Shown here: piece by piece, positions 9,971-18,270 of the stretch
How positions within the stretch are numbered: the first letter of the stretch is position 1
Layout of the letters: every line of letters starts with the position of its first letter
NCBI GenBank assembly: GCA_965248755.1
Contig: OZ252149.1
Span: 3,648,001 to 3,712,000, forward strand
Reading direction: 5' to 3'
DNA length: 64,000 bases
From: Candidatus Latescibacterota bacterium
GTDB taxonomy: Bacteria > Latescibacterota > CBDEFO01
Notes under the pieces: model-generated
Seen by the model: the letters and a program-made list of their open reading frames with translations, nothing else
Databases searched by the model: none
Told to the model about the DNA's origin: nothing
Translations under genes and position numbers: made by a program

Positions 9971-11213
9971 TTGATGTCGCTTTTCTGGGGGGCAGTACAT
10001 TAGATTACTAAATTCAGTTTTTTTAACTTTTATTTCTTTGGAGTAGCCGTCCCAATAACTTGGTATAGTTCTTTTTGTGTCATGCGGTTTTCCACGCCAT
10101 CCAACTGCTTTAAATACCCTTTTCTCATTCTGATGTAGATTATTTCTGATAATTATTTCACCGAATTTATCTAATACCTGCTGAATAGTATAATCATCAT
10201 AAACAATGATAACAGGAGTAATTTCATTTTGCCTGCCATTTCCCGTTATTGTCTGCCGGAAAACACAAAGTTTTTCAACCTTGCTTGCTATAGCGTTAGA
10301 AAATCTTTTACTACCTGTAATACACATAGTTCTGTCGTCAATTACTGCCCAACCGCATTCCAAGTTAGGGTCATAGTCAAATATTGATTGATTTAAATCA
10401 CCTATTTTTTGAATAACAACATTATCATTGAATATTTTATTCATCAGTTCGGACTGTATTGTACTTGAATCCTGCATTTCATCTATGAAAACATAGGCAA
10501 ATCTTTTTGCAAATACGTTTTTCAAATTAGGGTGCTTTTCAATGTGTCTTTCTGCTATATAATATGCATCATCATAGCTTAGTATTCCATCCAAAAGTAT
10601 CCGTTCTTTTAGTCTTAGCAATCTATCATAGTGTGCTCTTTGAGTTGTATCATTTGAATCTAATTTAAGTCTTTTACATATACCATTATCATCCAGGGAA
10701 AAATCTTCAAATCTAAGTGAATAAGGCAAATCTTTATGACCGCTCTGATAGCAAAATGCATTTGTTTTTCTACCTAAATATTTTCTCGTTCTTTCCATCC
10801 TATCAAGATAAATTTCGTTGTTTATGAATAATGGTCTTCGGTTGAACTGATTGATATACGTCGGTATCGCAAGATATTTATCCACGAAACTTTGAATTGT
10901 CCCAAAATGATTTGGGTAATTAGAGAGCTTTTTAGAAGCAAAGTAAGCGTGGCTTTTTATTTCATTTATAGCCACATTTGTGTGAGTTAATACGCAAATA
11001 CCCCTATTATTTTCAAGAGGCATTTGCCGGGACAAAATCAACAACTTGGCAATCAAAGCCTTTGTTTTACCACTACCCGGGCAGGCAAGAATATCTTTGG
11101 TTTCAAAACATTTTATTACTACCTTTTGTTCTTTATCGAAGTGCTCACCGGGCGGTAAAAGAATTCTTTCTGCCCAAGAAATATTGTACTGCTTCCCAGG
11201 AAAGCGACACCAA

Positions 11214-12077
11214 TTAAGCAACCTGGGGTAGTAGATAAAATTGTTTTCTCCACTCTTTTGGGGTCTTATATCCCAGGGATGAATGAAGCCTGTTCTTGTT
11301 GTAATTATCGATCCACTGAGATATGATCTTCTCAGCCTGTTCAAAGGATTCAAACTTGTGAAGCCAAACACACTCTTGCTTGAGGGTCCTGAAAAAACGC
11401 TCTACAACACCGTTCCAATCGGGTTTACCACTTGGTATGTATTCCTGACGAATTCCCCAATATTCGGTACTGGCCAAATAGGCCCGAGCCAAAAAGATGG
11501 AACCATTGTCAGAGCGCAAAGTGAGACCCTGGGGGACAGCCTCCTTGGAAGTGTATCGAGAGATCACGGCCCGATCCAGGGCATCTGTGGCCTCCAGTGC
11601 CCTCCCTTTTCGACTAAAACGATACCCAGGAACCTCCCGGCTTCCGTTGTCCACCACCGCAATAAGAGGACACCAACCATCTTTTCCACAGTAAATCTTT
11701 GTCAAGTCACTCGACCACAAACTGTCGGGACTATCCACCACAGAACGCTTCTGGGCAACCTGTGGCCCCTTTCTCCCGGGACGATTCCACAGCTTACACT
11801 GCCACCCCTTAAGCTTCATTATCCTATGAACCTTCTTAACGTTGACACATTCCCCTTCCTTGAAACGAAGATGCGCCCAAACCCGCCTGTGACCAAATGC
11901 CTCTTCTTGGTCCAGTATCCCTCGAATACGAAAAGCAAGCTCCTCATCTATCACAGGCTCTTTAACAGAAGAACTGACACCTCTATCCCTAAACCTATAC
12001 AGAGTCGAACGATGCAAACCCAAAGCCAAAGCTACCACCTTGCGGGAATAGCCTCGACCCAAAAACCGCCCACTCAA
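11214..12077 (-). CDS. IS3-family transposase OrfB (DDE integrase core)
   Basis: WSSDLT, SDNGS, NGVVERFFRTLKQE, HSSLGYKTP. Confidence 0.9.
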   Translation of the reverse strand: MSGRFLGRGYSRKVVALALGLHRSTLYRFRDRGVSSSVKEPVIDEELAFRIRGILDQEEAFGHRRVWAHLRFKEGECVNVKKVHRIMKLKGWQCKLWNRPGRKGPQVAQKRSVVDSPDSLWSSDLTKIYCGKDGWCPLIAVVDNGSREVPGYRFSRKGRALEATDALDRAVISRYTSKEAVPQGLTLRSDNGSIFLARAYLASTEYWGIRQEYIPSGKPDWNGVVERFFRTLKQECVWLHKFESFEQAEKIISQWIDNYNKNRLHSSLGYKTPKEWRKQFYLLPQVA

Positions 12078-12403
12078 GGCAACCGCTTCGTTTTTTTTAG
12101 ACGGGCTACCTCTTCGAGTATCTCCAACTGGAGCGTCAACTGCCCTACCTTGCGCTCCAACCGGCTAACCTCTCGCTCCTTCGGATCCTTGCGACCACGC
12201 CGAGACTTCAGACTCTCCTGGCCCCCTTCTAAGAAACTATCACGCCAAGCATACGCCTGCGACTGGCTAATTCCATTCTTACGACACACCTCAGATAGAT
12301 CTGCTCCTCTCAAAAGAGCCAACACAATCTCTCCCTTACGGGTCGCCGTCCAGCGCTTACCATCTTTCACTTCGGGGCTCGACACCTTGACCTCCCTTCT
12401 CAA
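12074..12403 (-). CDS. IS3-family transposase OrfA
   Basis: HTH; overlaps orfB in -1 frame. Confidence 0.9.
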   Translation of the reverse strand: MRREVKVSSPEVKDGKRWTATRKGEIVLALLRGADLSEVCRKNGISQSQAYAWRDSFLEGGQESLKSRRGRKDPKEREVSRLERKVGQLTLQLEILEEVARLKKTKRLP

Positions 12404-12649
12404 ACCCCAATTTGCGAAATATTTGTCGCTCTGTCAAGGGGAGCGGTATGGTTTCTTGCGAGACTGGGAACTTTCTTGTTGACATCTGGTTCGTTTTATC
12501 CTGTGACCTCGATCACCACGTGATTGAGGCAGCTTACTTCACGGCTTCAAGGTCGCTCAGCGTACGACAGTCGCTCAGAAAATTCAACCGTCACTAATCA
12601 CAGATAGTAGAAGTGAAAGATGTACTGCTTCCCAGGAAAGCGACACCAA

Positions 12650-13513
12650 TTAAGCAACCTGGGGTAGTAGATAAAATTGTTTTCTCCACTCTTTTGGGGT
12701 CTTATATCCCAGGGATGAATGAAGCCTGTTCTTGTTGTAATTATCGATCCACTGAGATATGATCTTCTCAGCCTGTTCAAAGGATTCAAACTTGTGAAGC
12801 CAAACACACTCTTGCTTGAGGGTCCTGAAAAAACGCTCTACAACACCGTTCCAATCGGGTTTACCACTTGGTATGTATTCCTGACGAATTCCCCAATATT
12901 CGGTACTGGCCAAATAGGCCCGAGCCAAAAAGATGGAACCATTGTCAGAGCGCAAAGTGAGACCCTGGGGGACAGCCTCCTTGGAAGTGTATCGAGAGAT
13001 CACGGCCCGATCCAGGGCATCTGTGGCCTCCAGTGCCCTCCCTTTTCGACTAAAACGATACCCAGGAACCTCCCGGCTTCCGTTGTCCACCACCGCAATA
13101 AGAGGACACCAACCATCTTTTCCACAGTAAATCTTTGTCAAGTCACTCGACCACAAACTGTCGGGACTATCCACCACAGAACGCTTCTGGGCAACCTGTG
13201 GCCCCTTTCTCCCGGGACGATTCCACAGCTTACACTGCCACCCCTTAAGCTTCATTATCCTATGAACCTTCTTAACGTTGACACATTCCCCTTCCTTGAA
13301 ACGAAGATGCGCCCAAACCCGCCTGTGACCAAATGCCTCTTCTTGGTCCAGTATCCCTCGAATACGAAAAGCAAGCTCCTCATCTATCACAGGCTCTTTA
13401 ACAGAAGAACTGACACCTCTATCCCTAAACCTATACAGAGTCGAACGATGCAAACCCAAAGCCAAAGCTACCACCTTGCGGGAATAGCCTCGACCCAAAA
13501 ACCGCCCACTCAA
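12650..13513 (-). CDS. IS3-family transposase OrfB
   Basis: Identical protein to 11214-12077. Confidence 0.9.
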   Translation of the reverse strand: MSGRFLGRGYSRKVVALALGLHRSTLYRFRDRGVSSSVKEPVIDEELAFRIRGILDQEEAFGHRRVWAHLRFKEGECVNVKKVHRIMKLKGWQCKLWNRPGRKGPQVAQKRSVVDSPDSLWSSDLTKIYCGKDGWCPLIAVVDNGSREVPGYRFSRKGRALEATDALDRAVISRYTSKEAVPQGLTLRSDNGSIFLARAYLASTEYWGIRQEYIPSGKPDWNGVVERFFRTLKQECVWLHKFESFEQAEKIISQWIDNYNKNRLHSSLGYKTPKEWRKQFYLLPQVA

Positions 13514-13839
13514 GGCAACCGCTTCGTTTTTTTTAGACGGGCTACCTCTTCGAGTATCTCCAACTGGAGCGTCAACTGCCCTACCTTGCGCTCCAACCGG
13601 CTAACCTCTCGCTCCTTCGGATCCTTGCGACCACGCCGAGACTTCAGACTCTCCTGGCCCCCTTCTAAGAAACTATCACGCCAAGCATACGCCTGCGACT
13701 GGCTAATTCCATTCTTACGACACACCTCAGATAGATCTGCTCCTCTCAAAAGAGCCAACACAATCTCTCCCTTACGGGTCGCCGTCCAGCGCTTACCATC
13801 TTTCACTTCGGGGCTCGACACCTTGACCTCCCTTCTCAA
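13510..13839 (-). CDS. IS3-family transposase OrfA
   Basis: Identical protein to 12074-12403. Confidence 0.9.
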   Translation of the reverse strand: MRREVKVSSPEVKDGKRWTATRKGEIVLALLRGADLSEVCRKNGISQSQAYAWRDSFLEGGQESLKSRRGRKDPKEREVSRLERKVGQLTLQLEILEEVARLKKTKRLP

Positions 13840-13967
13840 ACCCCAATTTGCGAAATATTTGTCGCTCTGTCAAGGGGAGCGGTATGAAGAGGACTTGACC
13901 TACAGGCTGTTTCGTTGTATCTTTTGCTATAGCATTTGTACAATAATGTATAAATACTATAACAAAA

Positions 13968-15255
13968 TGTACTGCCCCCCAGAAAAGCGACATCAATTAA
14001 GCAACTTGGGGTAGCAGATAAAATTGTTTTCTCCACTCTTCCGGGGTCTTGTATCCCAGGGATGAATGAAGCCTGTTCTTGTTGTAATTATCGATCCACT
14101 GAGATATGATCTTCTCAGCTTGTTCAAAGGACTTGAAATTGTGAAGCCACACACACTCCTGCTTGAGGGTCCTGAAAAAACGTTCTATGACCCCGTTCCA
14201 ATCGGCCTTTCCGCTCGGAATATATTCTTGACGAATGTCCCAATATTCGGTACTTGCCAAATAGGTCCGAGACAAAAAGATGGAGCCGTTGTCAGAGCGC
14301 AAAGTGAGACCCTGGGGGACAGCCTCCTTAGGAAGTGTATCGAGAGATCACGGCCCGATCCAGGGCATCTGTGGCCTCCAGTGCCCTCCCTTTTCGACTA
14401 AAACGATACCCGGGGAACCTCCCGACTCCCGTTGTCCACCACCGCAATAAGAGGACACCAACCATCTTCCCCACAATAGATCTTGGTCAAGTCAGCCGAC
14501 CAGAGACTGTCAGGACGATCCATCACAGAACGCTTCTGGGCAACCTGTGGCCCCTTTCTCCCGGGGTCCCCGATTGATTCTATCGGGGATTCCACAGCTT
14601 ACACTGCCACCCCTTAAGCTTCATTATCCTATGAACCTTCTTGATGTTGACATATGCCCCTTCCTTGAAACGAAGATGCGCCCAAACCCGCCTGTGACCA
14701 AATGCCTCTTCTTGGTCGAGTATCCCTCGAATACGAAAAGCAAGCTGTTCATCTATCACAGACTCTTCGACAGAAGAACTGACACCTCTATACCTAAGCC
14801 TACACAGAGTCGAACGATGCAAACCCAAAGCCAAAGCTACCACCTTCCGGGAATAGCCTCGACCCAAAAACCGCTCACTCAAGGCAACCGCTTCGTTTTT
14901 TTTAGACGGGCTACCTCCTCGAGTATCTCCAACTGGAGGGTTAAGTGCCCTACCTTACGCTCCAACCGGCTGACCTCCCGCTCCTTCGCATCCTTGCGAC
15001 CACGCCGAGACTTCAGACTCTCCTGGCCTCCTTCCAAGAAACTATCACGCCAAGCATACGCCTGTGACTGGCTAATTCCATTCTTCCAACACACCTCTGA
15101 TACATTCGCTCCTTTCAAAACAGCCAACACCACCTCTACCTTACGGGTCGCCGTCCAGCGCTTACCATCTTTCACTTCGGGGCTTGACACCTTGACCTCC
15201 TTTCTCAAACCCCAATTTGCAAAATATTTGTCGCCCTGTCAAGGGGAGCGGTATG
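13968..15255 (-). mobile_element. IS3-family element, defective 1288-bp variant, TSD AAAA
   Basis: Near-identical inverted copy of 8712-9999 with the same lesions; TSD 13964-13967/15256-15259. Confidence 0.9.
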
Positions 15256-15299
15256 AAAAGTCTATAACAATAGTCTATTTCTTGTCGTAAGGAGGAGAG

Positions 15300-15464
15300 A
15301 TGGCAGGGGAGAAAAAGAGATCAGGAAGTAGAAGAAAGATGGACAGAAGAACATCTAATCCTGCCCTTCCTGAGGGCAGCCAGGACAGACGTTCAGATAA
15401 GGATAGAAGAACGGAGACAAATAGACGAAATAAAGAAAATGACACTCCACTTGAGGAAACCTAG
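15300..15464 (+). CDS. 54-aa Arg-rich small protein with repeated DRR motifs
   Basis: Strong RBS AAGGAGGAG; MAGEKKRSGSRRKMDRRTSNPALPEGSQDRRSDKDRRTETNRRNKENDTPLEET. Confidence 0.6.
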   Translation: MAGEKKRSGSRRKMDRRTSNPALPEGSQDRRSDKDRRTETNRRNKENDTPLEET

Positions 15465-15642
15465 ACTACTCCTCAGTGCGCGGCTGGGATATTGTGGTCT
15501 CTTCGAGGGCGATCCCTTCCGAAGAACTATAGCCGTAGATTCCCACTTTTGATTAAACCTGAAAACCACATTCGGGATCTGGTGGAAAAATGGAACACAT
15601 TCTTGAAAAAGGTGTTCAAAATCTAGAGCGAGGTCGTTCATA

Positions 15643-16725
15643 ATGAGGGTAATTCGCATAGATAGCGTTTCTCCAGGATCCATCGTCGAAAAGAATATAT
15701 ACTCGGCCGACGGTCAGATACTTATAGCCCACGGAGTGGAACTTACGTCAGGCTACATAGAGCGACTGAAGAGTTTGGGGGTACTTTCAATATATATATA
15801 CGACAAAAGATTTGAAGACGTGGAAGTTCACGACGTGGTCTCGGTAAAAGCCAGAGCCGTTGCTTCCTCAACAGTAAAGGAGACATTTATAAAGGCTCAA
15901 GAGACATTTGAGTCCCAGTCAGCTATAACTATAGATAAGCGGAAAGTGAAGGCGGCTGTGGACCAGATCGTAAATGACCTGATAGTGAGTAGTACGGATT
16001 TAGTTAATCTGGTAGATGTGAAAACCTACGATGATTATACGTATCAGCATTCTGTGAACACGTGCATCTTGAGCATTATGGTGGCTATGAGAATGGGGTA
16101 CAACGAAAATCGTCTAAAGACCCTCGGGATGGGTGTGCTGCTGCGTGACCTGGGGGAGATCATGATCCCAGGTGGGATCATGAGTAAGCCCGGAAAACTG
16201 ACCGAGGAAGAATTCGCGGAAGTAAAAAAGCATCCACTTAACGGGTACAACATACTCCATGAGAGGTCAGATCTGGATCCTGTGGTTACGTCTGTGGCGC
16301 TTCAGCACCACGAAAAGCTAAACGGGAATGGTTACCCGCAGGGCCTGAAAGGAGATAATATCCATGAGTTCTCAAGAATCACATTACTGGTGGACATCTA
16401 CGACGCTCTGACGTCCAACAGAATCTACAAAGCAAAAGTGGCTCCCCACAAGGTCTTAAACCTGATAGCAGCAAAGTCAAATGAGGAATTCGATCCGAGG
16501 ATAGTGGAAATCTTTCTTTCAAAGGTTGCCAGGTACCCAGTAGGGAGCATAGTGGAGCTGAAGACTGGAGAAAGAGCCGCAGTACTGGAGAATGCTCTGG
16601 AAAAATTCGACGAACCCCTGATTCGAATCATAACTGACAGCGAGGGCGCTGAAATAGATAAGCCATATACTTTAGATCTTTCTGAAAGCGGAGATCCTGC
16701 GATTAAGGGCATTGTAGATTGGTAG
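15643..16725 (+). CDS. HD-GYP domain protein (c-di-GMP phosphodiesterase family), HD motif reads RD
   Basis: YTYQHSVN, LLRDLG, HHEKLNGNGYP, DIYDALTS. Confidence 0.9.
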   Translation: MRVIRIDSVSPGSIVEKNIYSADGQILIAHGVELTSGYIERLKSLGVLSIYIYDKRFEDVEVHDVVSVKARAVASSTVKETFIKAQETFESQSAITIDKRKVKAAVDQIVNDLIVSSTDLVNLVDVKTYDDYTYQHSVNTCILSIMVAMRMGYNENRLKTLGMGVLLRDLGEIMIPGGIMSKPGKLTEEEFAEVKKHPLNGYNILHERSDLDPVVTSVALQHHEKLNGNGYPQGLKGDNIHEFSRITLLVDIYDALTSNRIYKAKVAPHKVLNLIAAKSNEEFDPRIVEIFLSKVARYPVGSIVELKTGERAAVLENALEKFDEPLIRIITDSEGAEIDKPYTLDLSESGDPAIKGIVDW

Positions 16726-17067
16726 AAATTAAGGAAGATAATCAACCAACAGCATTGAGCGTGTAAGTATCTTAAGAAGTAGTTGGAACCGGCGCTTGAA
16801 AGGGTAAATTACTGGTGGAATGAATCGGATCTTATCCGTTGACTTGCTCGCCAGGTGGCTCAGCATGATAAAATAAAACTCTCTAGCCCAGATAGGCAAA
16901 CACCTTTTTATGGGTACAGCTACTCACCGCCAAAGGTGGCACGTTACTATTTTCAATGAGGAAAACTTGACCTACTTTTCCAGCTCTACCCGAGGAAGGT
17001 GGCAAAATCTTTATCGTTTGTTATAAACGCAATGGCGAAGCCCGTATCTCTACAATAAGGACTATTT

Positions 17068-18261
17068 ATGTCTAGACAGACTCAAGATATCCGGTCAGGC
17101 AAATGGGATAAATTAGGCCTCCTACTCAGGGTTATCCTCCAGCTTATAACTACTATGTGTCTCGTGGCTCTATCAGTCTCTGTCGCCCTTGCACAGTCCG
17201 AGGGAGACACTCTGCTGACTGAGACTCTCGAGGTACCGCAGCAAGTTGAACAAGAGGGAGATACCGGTCGGAACATCACCCCCTCGTCTCGGACATCGCC
17301 CGAAATAGAAAAAGATGAAGCATCTTATCCATCCAGCTTCATCAGTAAGAATGTAATTGGTATAGTAATTCTATTGTTCGTCTTATTGTCTGTTTCCATC
17401 TGGCGCTTTGCGTTGTATTACCTGAGAGAACACAGTGAGGCAACTGCCGAGCATGAGGTAGCTGTCGAAACCGATACGCAAGAAATCTCTCCATTTGTTC
17501 AACAGGCTATTGCGTTAGATAAACAGGGTAGATACGAGGAGGCAATTGAAAAGTTTCAGCAGGCTACCGAACTCGATCCGAAAGCTACCTATGCATACTA
17601 CAAGTGGGGCAATACGTTGGCCAACCAGGGGGATAGTAATGGGGCAATTGAGAAGTATGAGAAGGCCATCGAAGTCGACCCAGAATATGTCCATGCATAC
17701 AACGACTGGGGTAATGCGTTGGCCGACCTGGGGGATGTGAACGAGGCAATCCTCAAGTATAAGAAGACTATCGAACTGGTCCCAGAATATGCGCATGCAT
17801 ACTACAACTGGGGTCTTATGTTGCACGACCGAGGGGATAATAAGGGGGCAATTGAAAAGTATAAGAAGGCCATCGAACTCGACCCAAGATATGCCGATGC
17901 ATACGACAACTGGGGCAATGCGTTGGCTGACCAGGGGGCTCATGAGGAGGCAATCGGAAAGTTTCAGAGGGCCGTCCAACTCGATTCCAAAGCTGTCCCT
18001 GCATACAACAACTGGGGTGTTGCGCTCTATAAAGAGGGAATGCACGGAGAGGCAATTCAAAAGTTTCAGCAGGCTATCGAACTTGACCCACAATTTGCCA
18101 TGGCGTATTACAGTTGGGGTGAAGTGTCTCATTCCCAAGGGGACAGCGATGGGGCAATCGAAAAGTATGAGAAGGCCATCGAACTTGATCCCCAAGGTCC
18201 AGCTGGGACCAAGGCACGAAGAGCATTGGATGACATTGCGGAGAGTAAAGCGGAACTCTAA
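17068..18261 (+). CDS. Membrane-anchored TPR protein, paralog of 4429..7143
   Basis: Two hydrophobic segments, ~7 TPRs, shared EVPQQ..GDTGR module. Confidence 0.85.
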   Translation: MSRQTQDIRSGKWDKLGLLLRVILQLITTMCLVALSVSVALAQSEGDTLLTETLEVPQQVEQEGDTGRNITPSSRTSPEIEKDEASYPSSFISKNVIGIVILLFVLLSVSIWRFALYYLREHSEATAEHEVAVETDTQEISPFVQQAIALDKQGRYEEAIEKFQQATELDPKATYAYYKWGNTLANQGDSNGAIEKYEKAIEVDPEYVHAYNDWGNALADLGDVNEAILKYKKTIELVPEYAHAYYNWGLMLHDRGDNKGAIEKYKKAIELDPRYADAYDNWGNALADQGAHEEAIGKFQRAVQLDSKAVPAYNNWGVALYKEGMHGEAIQKFQQAIELDPQFAMAYYSWGEVSHSQGDSDGAIEKYEKAIELDPQGPAGTKARRALDDIAESKAEL

Positions 18262-18270
18262 TTAGGGGTT

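Larger units (their letters stand above)
8712..9999 (+). mobile_element. IS3-family element, defective 1288-bp variant, TSD TTAG
   Basis: orfA 8759-9088; orfB broken by palindrome insertion at 9378 and two +1 changes; 4-bp TSD 8708-8711/10000-10003. Confidence 0.9.
7998..11184 (-). pseudogene. UvrD/PcrA-like SF1 helicase (GajB-like), split by IS at 8712-9999 and 5'-truncated by IS at 11185
   Basis: ACPGSGKT, VLTHTN, IDEMQD, IGDLNQSIF, STIHGVKGE motifs; removing the IS and one TTAG copy restores frame (..EFSNL-KSYLAP..). Confidence 0.85.
11185..12450 (-). mobile_element. IS3-family element, intact 1266-bp variant (flanks ATAT / GTTT)
   Basis: orfA+orfB intact, conserved termini. Confidence 0.9.
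12621..13886 (-). mobile_element. IS3-family element, intact 1266-bp variant, TSD AAGA
   Basis: Same ORF products as 11185-12450; TSD 12617-12620/13887-13890. Confidence 0.9.

Noticed and set aside
9953..11371. 472-aa ORF as a real protein
   Set aside because: Chimera of IS sequence at both ends with the helicase middle
11283..14014. 399- and 431-aa plus-strand ORFs
   Set aside because: Antisense shadows of the IS3 transposase genes
16880..17010. c-di-GMP-I riboswitch downstream of HD-GYP
   Set aside because: Only GGCAAAC resembles the motif; the GAAA tetraloop, GCAAAG and P2 features are not found
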